From Nitrosopumilus sp. (GTDB lineage: Archaea > Thermoproteota > Nitrososphaeria > Nitrososphaerales > Nitrosopumilaceae), in contig OZ250186.1 in assembly GCA_965238275.1 (NCBI GenBank), positions 2,048,001-2,112,000 on the forward strand: a DNA stretch of 64,000 nucleotides, given 5' to 3'. Shown here piece by piece: positions 43,041 to 53,157 of the stretch. Both the position numbers and the translations under genes were made by a program. The notes beneath the pieces are model-generated. The model searched no databases. It was not told the origin of the DNA and was given only the letters and a program-made list of their open reading frames with translations. Numbering within the stretch: the stretch's first letter is position 1; each line of letters begins with the position of its first letter.

Positions 43041-43301
43041 TTGCAGGAGATAGGTGAGGTATTGCACTTGGCCGGGAGCGGCAGGGTGATAATCCAGCTC
43101 ACAGGGAAGGTTTCTGAAGGACAGATACTCTGTGACAGGAGCGGAACCAAGGTTGCAAAGGTGATGGAGATGATTGGTCCGGTGGACAAGCCACTTGCAT
43201 CGGCAACCCCGCTTACAAACAACATCAAAAAGTACAACGGCAAGAGCGTCTATGCATCCGCCATATCCCCTGACAATACTCAAAACAGGAGAAGAAGATG
43301 A
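43041..43301 (+). CDS. gar1: H/ACA RNP protein Gar1/Naf1
   Basis: IGEVLH and KVMEMIGPVDKP. Conserved position before tfb. Confidence 0.8.
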   Translation: MQEIGEVLHLAGSGRVIIQLTGKVSEGQILCDRSGTKVAKVMEMIGPVDKPLASATPLTNNIKKYNGKSVYASAISPDNTQNRRRR

Positions 43302-44254
43302 ACATACTGGAAAAACAAAATTGTCCCGAATGCCAGTCGACATTAATTGACGACATGCAAAACGGCGAGATAATCTGTTCAGGTTGCGGCGTGGTAGTCG
43401 ACGACCAGATGGCAGATTACGGACCAGAGACAGTCAGTGCAAATCTGGAAGACAAGATGAGGCTTGCAAGGGCCACAGGCCAGACAACGTACTCCCAGCA
43501 CGATCTCGGAATATCAACTGCCATCTCGATCAGTCCAAAGGACTTTAGCGGCAAGTCAATCGACTACAAGGTCGCATCCCAGATGCACACCCTTAGAAAA
43601 TGGCAGCAGAGGGTAAGGGTATCATCACCCAGGGAGAGAAGGCTTGCAAACGTCCTGGCCAAGATGAGCGAGATCTGCGACAGCATCAACCTTTCAAAGA
43701 ATGTGCTGGAGACGGCCTCGATGATCTACAGGAACATGGACGGGCGCATAGAGGTAAAGGGCAAGTCGATAATCAGCATCTCGGCTGCCACCATCTACAT
43801 GGCATGCAAGCAGTGCGACGTGGTACGATCGCTTGGGGAGATCTGCAGAGGGATATGCACCCCAAAGGATGTCAAATCAAAGACAAAGCTTGCAGCAAGG
43901 TACTACAGGACCATGGTGATGGAGATGGGACAGGTAACGGCCCCGGTCGTATCCATGGACAAGTACATCTCAAAGATAGCCAACATGACGCGAACCGAGG
44001 TAAGGGTCGTGAGGCTTGCACTGGAGATCTCAGAAAAGACCAGGAACAGCAGCATCACAGACGGAAAGGACCCAAACGGAATTGCCGCAGCATACCTGTA
44101 CGTGTCCTCGGTACTGCTTGGGCAGAACATACTTCAAAAGGATGTCTCGACCATTGCAGGGGTTACAGAAGTCACCATCAGGAACAGATGCAAGGAGATT
44201 CTTACAAACCACAAACTCAAGATTTCCCTGAGGCCATCGCTGACAAAATACTGA
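43298..44254 (+). CDS. tfb: Transcription initiation factor IIB (second paralog)
   Basis: Zn ribbon CPEC/CSGC, two cyclin repeats, GKDPNGIAAA and VTEVTIRNR. Confidence 0.95.
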   Translation: MNILEKQNCPECQSTLIDDMQNGEIICSGCGVVVDDQMADYGPETVSANLEDKMRLARATGQTTYSQHDLGISTAISISPKDFSGKSIDYKVASQMHTLRKWQQRVRVSSPRERRLANVLAKMSEICDSINLSKNVLETASMIYRNMDGRIEVKGKSIISISAATIYMACKQCDVVRSLGEICRGICTPKDVKSKTKLAARYYRTMVMEMGQVTAPVVSMDKYISKIANMTRTEVRVVRLALEISEKTRNSSITDGKDPNGIAAAYLYVSSVLLGQNILQKDVSTIAGVTEVTIRNRCKEILTNHKLKISLRPSLTKY

Positions 44255-44328
44255 CACTCACCCACACCCCTTTTTTTTCTCGTTAGGATCAGCTAAATTT
44301 CGTCTGTATTATATATAGACGCAAAACA

Positions 44329-45111
44329 ATGCCGGATATGGCGGTTTTAGAGATAAGGGATCTTCACGTAAAGAGGGACGGAAAGGAGATTCTGAAGGGA
44401 GTCAACCTGAAGACAGGTCCCGGAGAAGTACACGCCATAATGGGGCCAAACGGCTCAGGAAAGAGCACGCTGGCATACACGCTGCTTGCGCACCCAAAAT
44501 ACGAAGTCACCAGGGGCGACATTCTGCTGGACGGGCAGAGCATTCTGGGCATGACAGCAGACAAGAGGGCCAAAAAGGGTCTCTTTTTAGGATTCCAGTA
44601 TCCGACAGAGGTCTCGGGGGTAGGGTTCTCGCACTTTTTGAGAACCGCATACAACTCACTGAGCAAGGCGCTGGAGGGGGACGACAGGGAGGTCTTCATA
44701 ACAGTCAGGGAGTTTCAAAAATACCTCAAGGAAAACCTGGAGAAGGTGGGACTAAAGGAGGAGTTTCTCTCAAGGTATCTCAACGAAGGATTTTCAGGCG
44801 GCGAGAAGAAGCGTGCAGAGGTTCTGCAGATGGCAGTCCTAAAGCCAAAGATATCCCTGCTTGACGAGCCTGACTCGGGTCTTGACATTGACGCAGTCCA
44901 GGCAGTGGCAAAGGCAATCAGCCAGGTATCCGGAAAGGATGCAACGATCATAGTCATCACGCACTATGCCAGGATTCTAAGGTTCCTTGACAAGCTGGAT
45001 TATGTACACGTGTTTGCAAACGGACAGGTGCTCAAGACAGGCGATGCCTCCCTTGCCGACAAGCTCGAGATTGACGGCTACGACTGGGTCATAGAACAGG
45101 CAGCAGCATAA
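44329..45111 (+). CDS. sufC: Fe-S assembly ATPase SufC
   Basis: GPNGSGKST, FSGGEKKR, LDEPDSGLD and ITHY. Confidence 0.96.
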   Translation: MPDMAVLEIRDLHVKRDGKEILKGVNLKTGPGEVHAIMGPNGSGKSTLAYTLLAHPKYEVTRGDILLDGQSILGMTADKRAKKGLFLGFQYPTEVSGVGFSHFLRTAYNSLSKALEGDDREVFITVREFQKYLKENLEKVGLKEEFLSRYLNEGFSGGEKKRAEVLQMAVLKPKISLLDEPDSGLDIDAVQAVAKAISQVSGKDATIIVITHYARILRFLDKLDYVHVFANGQVLKTGDASLADKLEIDGYDWVIEQAAA

Positions 45112-45168
45112 TCAAACATCCACAGGGCCGGTTTTTGTTTAAATAGGGTCATTTAATCTGATGAATAC

Positions 45169-45840
45169 ATGTCAGGCCAAAGACAGTACTATTTCAGCTT
45201 TTCATTCTTCAAGATCGACCCCAAGTGGAGGTGGATGGCGGACCTTGCCAAGGAGGAGTCTGCAAAGGAGGTCCAAAACACACTGAGGAACTCCGGCATA
45301 AGGTACAGGACGTACTCGAATCTTGGGATGAGGGACGACGCGGACATCCTGTTCTGGTTCATGGCAGAGTCAGTCGCAGAGATCCAGTCTGCCGTGGAGA
45401 GGCTGTACAAGACGGTGTTTGGAAAGTACATCATCCCGTCAAGGACGTACCTGTCATGTACCAGGCCTTCAATCTACGCAAGCGGCGAGGCTGCGCACGG
45501 CTTTGTTGCAGGGGACGAGGCAAGGAGCCATGTCATAGTGTACCCGTTTACCAAGACCAGGGAGTGGTACCTGCTGCCACAGCAGAAGAGGCAGGAGATC
45601 ATGGACGAGCACATTGCAGTAAGCAGAAAGTATCCGCAGGTGGTGCTGAACACGACGTACTCTTTTGGAATCCACGACGAGGACTTTATGCTGGCATTTG
45701 AGATGGACAACATCAGGGACTTTCAGGACCTGATCATGGAGCTGAGGGAGACGCAGGTCTCAAGGTACGTCCAAAACGACATCCCCATGATCGTGTGCGT
45801 CAAAAAGGAGATAGTGCCGCTGATCTCCAGTCTCGGGTAG
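45169..45840 (+). CDS. Chlorite dismutase / coproheme decarboxylase (HemQ-like) family protein
   Basis: VYPFTKTREWYLL...MDEHI and YSFGIHD. Confidence 0.88.
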   Translation: MSGQRQYYFSFSFFKIDPKWRWMADLAKEESAKEVQNTLRNSGIRYRTYSNLGMRDDADILFWFMAESVAEIQSAVERLYKTVFGKYIIPSRTYLSCTRPSIYASGEAAHGFVAGDEARSHVIVYPFTKTREWYLLPQQKRQEIMDEHIAVSRKYPQVVLNTTYSFGIHDEDFMLAFEMDNIRDFQDLIMELRETQVSRYVQNDIPMIVCVKKEIVPLISSLG

Positions 45841-45972
45841 GGCCGGAACATATTCGGAAGCCGGAAGGTCATGGCTTTGCAGTCCGTCCTGCGGATCAGG
45901 CACGCCGATTTGTAACAACGGTTCAAATGCAGTTTTGGCAGACATGATGATGATGATGGTTCTATCAGGTGA

Positions 45973-46977
45973 ATGCGCGGCATGAGATACAACAGGCTGG
46001 GCAGGACCGACATCAGGGTATCGGAGATTGGATTTGGCGCATGGGCCATCGCCCTTGACTGGTGGGGCAAAAAGATAGAGGAGGACGAGGCAGAAAGAAT
46101 GCTCAAAAAGGCGTACGACGTCGGAATCAACCTCTTTGAGACAGGGGACATGTACGGGAGCGGAAAGAGCGAGAGGATAATCGGCCGGGTCTTTAAGGGC
46201 ATGAGGGACGAGGTCGTAATATCTACAAAGTATGGCTATGACTTCGAGGGCGTAAAGCAGATAGGGCACAGCGAGCTTCCCCAAAAGTTTGACGAGGGCT
46301 TTACCAGGAAGGCGCTGAGGGGCAGCCTTGAGAGGCTGCAGACGGATCACCTTGACATGTACGGGCTGCACAATCCAAAGATGAACCACATAAGGGACGA
46401 CTCCATATTCAACGTGCTTGACGGCCTTGTTGCAGACGGGACCATCAGGACGTATCAGGCGGCCCTTGGCCCTGCAATCGGCTGGACGCAGGAGGGCATG
46501 GAGGCAATGGACAGGCCAAACCTCGGCGCGGTCCAGACAGTCTACAACATTCTCGAGCAGATGCCGGGAAACGAGCTGATGAAAAAGGCCGCAGAAAAGG
46601 ACATCGGAATCCTGGTCAGGGTTCCGGAGGCGTCAGGGATACTTACCGGCAAGGTGAATGCAGATACTAAGATTGACGAGAAGGACCACAGGTCAGTCAG
46701 GAAGGGGGAGTGGATCAAGGCATCGCTGGAGAAGGTGGAACAGATCAGGCTGATTGCCAGAAGAAACGGACTGGGCATAATGGAGCTTGCAATCAAGTTC
46801 ATCATGACAAAGAAGGGATTCACGTCGGTGTTTCCAACCATGGTGAGCGAGGAGGAGGTCATCGCGTATGCGGCTATGGCAGACGGCCGGTACATACCGG
46901 AGCAGGACATGGCAGAGATTGACAGGATTTACAATACGTGGCCCCCGTACGAGCTAAAGGCTACGCAGGCAGTCTGA
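45973..46977 (+). CDS. Aldo/keto reductase
   Basis: VSEIGFGAW, YGSGKSE, ISTKYG and SLERLQTDHLD. Confidence 0.93.
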   Translation: MRGMRYNRLGRTDIRVSEIGFGAWAIALDWWGKKIEEDEAERMLKKAYDVGINLFETGDMYGSGKSERIIGRVFKGMRDEVVISTKYGYDFEGVKQIGHSELPQKFDEGFTRKALRGSLERLQTDHLDMYGLHNPKMNHIRDDSIFNVLDGLVADGTIRTYQAALGPAIGWTQEGMEAMDRPNLGAVQTVYNILEQMPGNELMKKAAEKDIGILVRVPEASGILTGKVNADTKIDEKDHRSVRKGEWIKASLEKVEQIRLIARRNGLGIMELAIKFIMTKKGFTSVFPTMVSEEEVIAYAAMADGRYIPEQDMAEIDRIYNTWPPYELKATQAV

Positions 46978-47047
46978 CTGGCAGGCTGCAAAAAGGGCGT
47001 GCGAATTCTGCAGGGGGATGGCGTTTGGGCGGTGCCTGCATCCGGAT

Positions 47048-48136
47048 TCAGACAGACGACAGCGGCCGGGGGATGATGCCTTCAGGTTGCTGCTGCTGCT
47101 GCTGCTGTTCCAGACAGAAGGACTCCTCAACAAAGTATTCAACGCGCGTCTTTTTGAATTCGCGCGAGCTGAACAGGATTCGGTAGTCATCCACATGAAT
47201 CTGCTTCTGGATTGTCCTTGCCATCTCGTTTGCCTCTTCATGGGTCTTGCAGTGGATCATTGAAAATACGTTGTATGGCCAGTCGGGATACGTGGGCCTC
47301 TGGTAGCAGTGGCTGACCTGCGGAAACGCGCCAAGGTTCTCGCCCACATCAGATATGCGGGATTCTGGAACCTTCCAGACTATCATCCCGTTTGCGGTAA
47401 ATCCGATCTGCCTGTGCCTGAGGATTGCTGCAAACCTGCGCATTACGCCTATGCCCTCATAGTATCGCATCTGCTCGAACAGTTCATCCTCGGTAATCCC
47501 AAGGACTGCTGCAGACTTTACAAACGGCTCGTCAACTATATCCATGTCCTTTTGCATCTCGCGCACGAAATTCTTGTCCTCCTCGGTGGGCTCAAACGGC
47601 ATGTCATTTACCTCCTTTTTGTTTTCGCTGGGGGCCACCTCGTGCTTCTTTTCATCAACCATGTCCAGCTTGACTCCGATCTTGAACAGCTTCAGCGTCG
47701 GGAGCATTCTTATCTTTTTTATCCCCTCCAGGACGCTGAATTGTTCGACCTCGGATTTCAGATCAGAGCCCGGAGGAACCGCAAGCGTAAACCACAGGTT
47801 GAACTGATGGTCCCGCTCATAGTTGTGGCTCACGCCAGGATGCGTGTTGATCATGGATGCGACATGCTCCAGCCTGTCAGGGGCGATCTCCATTGCGACT
47901 AGCGAACTGGTGTATCCCAGCTTCCTTGTGTCAAATATGGCGCTCAGCTGGCGCAGTACGCCGACCTGCTTGAGGCGTATGAGCCGCTCCTTGACATTTT
48001 TGGGGGTCGTGTCAAACTTGCGGGCGATTGCATCAAACGGCCTGGTAACAAGGGGAAATGTCCATTGAATCTCGTTGAGCAGTTCCCGGTCAAGGTCGTC
48101 CATGGATGTCATCAAATCAGTGACATGGATGTTCAA
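47048..48136 (-). CDS. Fused siroheme decarboxylase AhbA/AhbB (NirDLGH-like)
   Basis: Two Lrp-like halves with VSHNYER and VSHCYQRP...WPYNVFSMIH. Confidence 0.9.
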   Translation of the reverse strand: MNIHVTDLMTSMDDLDRELLNEIQWTFPLVTRPFDAIARKFDTTPKNVKERLIRLKQVGVLRQLSAIFDTRKLGYTSSLVAMEIAPDRLEHVASMINTHPGVSHNYERDHQFNLWFTLAVPPGSDLKSEVEQFSVLEGIKKIRMLPTLKLFKIGVKLDMVDEKKHEVAPSENKKEVNDMPFEPTEEDKNFVREMQKDMDIVDEPFVKSAAVLGITEDELFEQMRYYEGIGVMRRFAAILRHRQIGFTANGMIVWKVPESRISDVGENLGAFPQVSHCYQRPTYPDWPYNVFSMIHCKTHEEANEMARTIQKQIHVDDYRILFSSREFKKTRVEYFVEESFCLEQQQQQQQPEGIIPRPLSSV

Positions 48137-48233
48137 TTAAAAATGTAGTGGGGCCGGGAAATTGTTTTTTGTACGCAGCGCCGGAGCGCGCACCAGTTCA
48201 ATACATAAATAGAAATCCAAGCCCTGTTGATCG

Positions 48234-48905
48234 ATGATAGTGGATCTTGATCTGCGCGACAGGACGATCCTTGTAGTCGGCGGCGGAAGGCAGGCGCAGA
48301 AGAGGCTGAGGCATCTTCTAGGCGAGGAATGCAACATCATACTGGTCAGCGCCGATGTCACCCCCCAGATAGGCAGGTGGGGGGAGTCAAAAAAGATCAC
48401 GATCAAAAAACAGCAAGTCACGGACACAAAATTCATCTCGGATATAAGACCGGACATCATAATCACCACCACGGACAGCACGGAGACAAACCAGATGATC
48501 ATCAGATATGCCAAAAGGAACGGGATCACCGCATACAGTTCTGACAATCCGGAGGAGAGCGACTTTGCAAATCCGGCCATAATCGACTTTGAGGGGGCAG
48601 TCCAGGTTGCCATATTCACTGGAGGCCAGAGTCCGGCAATGTCAAAGAGGATCAGGGCAAGGCTTGAGGAGGCACTACTACTCGGGGGAATGATCAAAAA
48701 GGAGGACGTCGCGCAGATAAGGCTCCAAAAGACCATGCGGGCAATGGCCAGGGATGCAATACCGGACCAGGCCCGGAGGAGGGAGTGCCTGAAGGAGATC
48801 ATGGACGATGATGCCATCGGGCAGCTGATAAAAGACGGCCAAACCAAAAGGGCCGAAGAGAGGGCGGCGGCGATGATGCTGGGGAGCGGCGGCGGCCTGA
48901 AATGA
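48234..48905 (+). CDS. sirC: Precorrin-2 dehydrogenase (SirC/CysG N-terminal type)
   Basis: VVGGG, DFANPA and TGGQSP. Confidence 0.9.
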   Translation: MIVDLDLRDRTILVVGGGRQAQKRLRHLLGEECNIILVSADVTPQIGRWGESKKITIKKQQVTDTKFISDIRPDIIITTTDSTETNQMIIRYAKRNGITAYSSDNPEESDFANPAIIDFEGAVQVAIFTGGQSPAMSKRIRARLEEALLLGGMIKKEDVAQIRLQKTMRAMARDAIPDQARRRECLKEIMDDDAIGQLIKDGQTKRAEERAAAMMLGSGGGLK

Positions 48906-50170
48906 GCCAAAACATAATCAATGCGCGGGTAACCTTTCGCAACTCCCCAATACACGTTCTTGAGCAGTTTACAATCACGGACATTGAAGATGCGTACAAG
49001 CAGTTCAGGGCACACTCTGGACTGGAGGAATGCGTGATCATTCAGACGTGCAACAGGATAGAGCTGTTTGCAAAGTCAGGATCATACGATCCCGAGGCCA
49101 TCAAGAGCACATGGGCCACGATTGCAGGACTGGAAAGGGAGATCTTCGAGGAGAACATGGAGTGTGTTGAGAATCAGGAGGCCATCCACCACCTGCTAAA
49201 GCTGACATCCGGACTTGACTCCATGGTGCTAGGCGAGGAGCAGATACTGGGCCAGGTAAAGAATGCAATCACCACCGCAAGGGAGATGAAGGCATCGGGC
49301 CAGCACCTCAACACCCTGTTTGACAAGGCAATCAGAGTCGGCACCAGGATCAGAAACTCCAGCGGAATCGGAAGGGGCGGCATCTCGGTGGGCTCCATGG
49401 CAGTAAGGCTTGCAGAGGAGAACATTGACGAGATGAAGACAAAGAGGATTCTGCTCATAGGTACAGGCGAGGTCTCAACCCTTGTCGCAAAGTCGCTGAA
49501 CAGGCGCGGGTATGCCTTTAATGTTACAAGCAGGACCGTCAAAAGATCCGAGACGTTCTGCAAGACGATGGGCGGGGTGCCTGCAAGGTTCGAGGACGTG
49601 CTTGCAGGATTTGACAGGTATGACGTGCTGTTTGTTGCAACGACTGCGCCGTACCTTCTTGTAACGCACCAGAGAATCGCGCAGGCGATGGCAGACTGCA
49701 ACGGGGGGATGATGATCCTGGACCTGTCAAACCCCAGGACAGTCGACGAGAAGGTGGCCACCATACGGGGAGTGAAACTGATGAACCTGGATCAGATTGC
49801 AGAGATGATTGAAAAGAACCTGAATGCAAGGACGAACAAGGCAAAGGCAGTAGAGGACATAATCAGCGGCGAGGTGCCCGTACTTGAGGCCAGCATGAAA
49901 CGGCTGGAGGCAGAACCGCTGGTAAAGGACGTCTTCAAAAGCATAGACGGGCTGAGGGAGAAGGAGCTGCAAAAGGCGCTTCAGATCCTCAATGAAAAGG
50001 ACGAGGAGCGGATAAGGGTCATAGACGAGCTTACAAGGTCCATAGTAGAAAGCATCGTCTCAGCCCCGATGAACAACATCAGAAGGGCCTCAGAGCAGGG
50101 CCGGTCAGAGATGGTAAGGGTGGCAGGCAGGCTGTTTGACTACAAGGCCGGAGAACAGCAGTCCGATTAG
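48902..50170 (+). CDS. hemA: Glutamyl-tRNA reductase
   Basis: TCNRIE, SGLDSMVLGEEQILGQ and DLSNPR. Confidence 0.97.
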   Translation: MSQNIINARVTFRNSPIHVLEQFTITDIEDAYKQFRAHSGLEECVIIQTCNRIELFAKSGSYDPEAIKSTWATIAGLEREIFEENMECVENQEAIHHLLKLTSGLDSMVLGEEQILGQVKNAITTAREMKASGQHLNTLFDKAIRVGTRIRNSSGIGRGGISVGSMAVRLAEENIDEMKTKRILLIGTGEVSTLVAKSLNRRGYAFNVTSRTVKRSETFCKTMGGVPARFEDVLAGFDRYDVLFVATTAPYLLVTHQRIAQAMADCNGGMMILDLSNPRTVDEKVATIRGVKLMNLDQIAEMIEKNLNARTNKAKAVEDIISGEVPVLEASMKRLEAEPLVKDVFKSIDGLREKELQKALQILNEKDEERIRVIDELTRSIVESIVSAPMNNIRRASEQGRSEMVRVAGRLFDYKAGEQQSD

Positions 50171-50201
50171 GATTTATATCTTGGCGAAGGGTTGTTTCGG
50201 C

Positions 50202-51182
50202 ATGTCATTTCCCGTCAGACGCCTCCACCGGCTGCGTACATCCGAAAGGATGAGGGAGCTGGTTCGGCAGACGACGCTCTCCCCGAGGAACCTGATCTGT
50301 CCAGTGTTTGTCCAGGAGGATCTAAAGGCCAGAGCCAGCATAAAGTCCATGCCGGACATACAGAGGCTTCCCCTAGATGAGGTAAGCGACGAGGTTGGCA
50401 TCATCAGGGATCTGGGAATTCCCGCAATCATGCTCTTCGGGGTGCCAAAACAAAAAGACGATGCAGGTTCATCTGCCTTTGACGACGACGGAATTGTCCA
50501 AAAGGCGATATCCCGGATCAGGGAGAACTTTGGGGATAAAATGGTCATAATGACAGATGTATGCCTCTGCCAGTTTACATCCACAGGACACTGCGGGATA
50601 ATACGGGAAAACCGGATAGACAACGATTCAAGCATCGATACCCTTGCAAGAATAGCCGTCAGCCAGGGCATGGCGGGGGCAGATACGGTCTCGCCTTCTG
50701 CCATGATGGACGGGCAGGTTGCCGCAATAAGGACGGCCCTCGAGGACGAGGGACTCAAGGATGTCTCAATAATGTCGCATGCAGCCAAGCACCGTTCAAA
50801 CTTTTATTCGCCGTTCAGGGAGGCTGCAGAGTGTGCGCCAAAGTTCGGGGACAGAAGAACGTACCAGGTGCCATACACCAACGCCAGGGAGGCAATGATG
50901 GAGATTGAGTCAGACATAGACGAGGGGGCAGACATTGTAATGATAAAACCGGCAATGGTCTATCTGGATCTGATTGCAGAGACCAGAAGAAGGTTTGATG
51001 TTCCGGTATCGGCATACAGCGTATCAGGCGAGTATGCGATGGTCAAGGCCGCATCACACATGGGGTACATGGATGAGAAAAGCATTACAGAGGAGATTCT
51101 GTACTCGATAAGAAGGGCCGGCGCGGACATGATAGTAACATACTTTGCAAAGTCGGCTGCATCATTCCTTCAGGAACCATGA
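50202..51182 (+). CDS. hemB: Porphobilinogen synthase
   Basis: DVCLCQFT.TGHCG, SAMMDG, FYSPFR and MIKPA. Confidence 0.97.
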   Translation: MSFPVRRLHRLRTSERMRELVRQTTLSPRNLICPVFVQEDLKARASIKSMPDIQRLPLDEVSDEVGIIRDLGIPAIMLFGVPKQKDDAGSSAFDDDGIVQKAISRIRENFGDKMVIMTDVCLCQFTSTGHCGIIRENRIDNDSSIDTLARIAVSQGMAGADTVSPSAMMDGQVAAIRTALEDEGLKDVSIMSHAAKHRSNFYSPFREAAECAPKFGDRRTYQVPYTNAREAMMEIESDIDEGADIVMIKPAMVYLDLIAETRRRFDVPVSAYSVSGEYAMVKAASHMGYMDEKSITEEILYSIRRAGADMIVTYFAKSAASFLQEP

Positions 51183-51490
51183 GAAACGACGAGCGCTTTG
51201 AGATAGAGCGGGCCCTTGACATCCTGCCGCATGCAGTAGGCTCAAGCTGGGCCGTAATATGGTTTAGAATGAAGGGGATCAAAAAGCCCACAAGGGAAGA
51301 GTACAGGGAGAGAACCGTCGGTTATTTAAAAAAAATGGAGCCCGTCTTTGAGGCCTACCCCGATGATGAGGAGTTTGTCGACATACTCGGGTACATCAGG
51401 TTCAGAAAGAAGGCAGAATACGACAAAATACTGGGGGGCAAAAACAAAGAGGTTGAAAAGAGGTACGACAGGTATGTCGACTATGGGTGA
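51179..51490 (+). CDS. Hypothetical protein
   Basis: 103-aa ORF coupled to hemB by an ATGA overlap. Confidence 0.75.
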   Translation: MRNDERFEIERALDILPHAVGSSWAVIWFRMKGIKKPTREEYRERTVGYLKKMEPVFEAYPDDEEFVDILGYIRFRKKAEYDKILGGKNKEVEKRYDRYVDYG

Positions 51491-52116
51491 ATCTCCCCGT
51501 CCAGATGTCCAAGGTACTCCCGGAGCAGTCCGGTTCTCTTTTGGGCCTCTGTCTGGCCGGATTCGGTGTTCATCAGGGACTCCAGTTTGAGCAGTTTTTG
51601 AAAAAAGTGATCAACTGTCCATGCCGCATCATCTGGGGTGCGCTCCCTGCAGAAGGGATCGTCGGCATTGTACAACATCCTTCCAAGCGCGCCCCCTGTG
51701 GAAAAGACCCTGGCAATTCCGATGGCCCCGAGCGCGTCCAACCGGTCTGCATCCTGGAGTATCATCGCCTCACGGGTCCGGGGGGGGGGGGGTGCGCCCC
51801 GCGAAAAGCTGTGATCACGGACTGCCTCCGAGACTGTTCGGGCATCCTCAGCAGAAAAGCCGTGTCGCAGCAGCAGTGCCTCAGATACCCGGGCACTCTC
51901 CAGGGAAGATGACTCTGAACGCCTGTCAGACTTGGGATGCGAGACCACGTCGTGCAGCAGCGCAGCACACAGCGCCAGCCGGTCATCGGCACCCTCCATC
52001 CTGCAGATCATGCTGGCATTCCTGCAGACCCTCATGACATGCTCAAAATCGTGTGCCGGATCATGCCCGGCCATCATCCCCCTTACCTCGTCGATCATCT
52101 TCCCGGGAATACTCAT
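51481..52116 (-). CDS. HD-domain phosphohydrolase (YedJ-like)
   Basis: AHDFEHVMRV, LLHDV, HSFS and QDADRLDALGAIG. Confidence 0.92.
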   Translation of the reverse strand: MSIPGKMIDEVRGMMAGHDPAHDFEHVMRVCRNASMICRMEGADDRLALCAALLHDVVSHPKSDRRSESSSLESARVSEALLLRHGFSAEDARTVSEAVRDHSFSRGAPPPPRTREAMILQDADRLDALGAIGIARVFSTGGALGRMLYNADDPFCRERTPDDAAWTVDHFFQKLLKLESLMNTESGQTEAQKRTGLLREYLGHLDGEIHP

Positions 52117-52743
52117 TTAGAACCTCCAGATTCGGGGTTTGACAAACTTTAGCTGCCTCTGGGTCAGCAGGACGGTCCAGTTTATCGAGGCAAACAGTAC
52201 AATCATGCAGATTCCGACCCCGTCGATCAGCAGTATTCCGACAAGCCTGTCCTCAAATATCTCCAGAAACGGTTTCAGGACGGCATTTCCAAAGTATATC
52301 ATTATGATATAGGACAGCGTGCGCCCAAACCAGAACCCTATGTATATCCCCATGTTCCGTGCGCGCATCAGGCCGTACGTAATGAACAGCATGTTGCTTG
52401 GGAGCGGGGTTGCGCCAAACAGAAAGGATGCAGTCAGGTAGCCGAACCTTTTCGAGTTGAGAACCCCTCCGATGACATCAAGGTTGGTCTTTTGTTCCTG
52501 GCCTACGAACCTCCTAAAGAGGCCGCTGAGCCTCATCAGGGCCAGTCGCCCTATTGTGGCACCTGTCGCACCCACCATGGCAAGAACCACAATGTCCAGA
52601 CCCGGGTCAAGAAGGTAAAAGGACGTCAGCACTATCCAGCTTGGAGGCATCAGGATCGGCGAGACGTTGACTCCGATCAGAACCAGGAATATGCCAAGAT
52701 ATGAAAATTCTCCAAAGATCTCAAAGATGTCAGTCATCTGCAT
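52117..52743 (-). CDS. DedA/VTT-like membrane protein
   Basis: Several TM helices, PILMPPSW, GATIGR and ATPLPS. Confidence 0.75.
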   Translation of the reverse strand: MQMTDIFEIFGEFSYLGIFLVLIGVNVSPILMPPSWIVLTSFYLLDPGLDIVVLAMVGATGATIGRLALMRLSGLFRRFVGQEQKTNLDVIGGVLNSKRFGYLTASFLFGATPLPSNMLFITYGLMRARNMGIYIGFWFGRTLSYIIMIYFGNAVLKPFLEIFEDRLVGILLIDGVGICMIVLFASINWTVLLTQRQLKFVKPRIWRF

Positions 52744-52916
52744 TCATGTGTGGCTTTTTGTTTCTAAACCCTTGGTTTGCATCCAATATGAAAAAATCAC
52801 CATGCCGTCTAAAAAATTAAAAAAATTGCATTTTCCAACCGATGGCGGATCGCATATTGTGGTAAATGGATCAGTTGTACATCATACTTATAAGAAGTCA
52901 GGCAGAATCCCAAAAC

Positions 52917-53039
52917 ATGTCTGAGATTGTCTGGAAATGTTTTAGGTGCGGCTTAGCGTTCAAGGCCGTGGATCTTGCCGAGGTGCACGAAAGAATCGCC
53001 AGACACCACATAACCAGAGTAAAGAGGATTGCTGCCTGA
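52917..53039 (+). CDS. 40-aa C2H2 zinc-finger micro-protein (not in ORF track)
   Basis: MSEIVWKCFRCGLAFKAVDLAEVHERIARHHITRVKRIAA. CTTATAA about 25 nt upstream. Confidence 0.7.
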   Translation: MSEIVWKCFRCGLAFKAVDLAEVHERIARHHITRVKRIAA

Positions 53040-53058
53040 ATAGTTCCGGCGTAAAAGG

Positions 53059-53157
53059 TGCAGAGAGTGGGATTTGAACCCACGAACTCCTGAGAGAAGG
53101 GATTTCCTATTGAAGATCTTGAGTCCCTCTCGGTTGACCGGGCTTCGATATCTCTGC
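53059..53157 (-). tRNA. tRNA-Leu(CAA) with about 14-nt intron
   Basis: Minus strand: GCAGAGA acceptor, AGGGA-CT-CAA-G-[ATCTTCAATAGGAA]-A-TCCCT, long variable arm, GTGGG-TTCAAAT-CCCAC. Confidence 0.92.
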
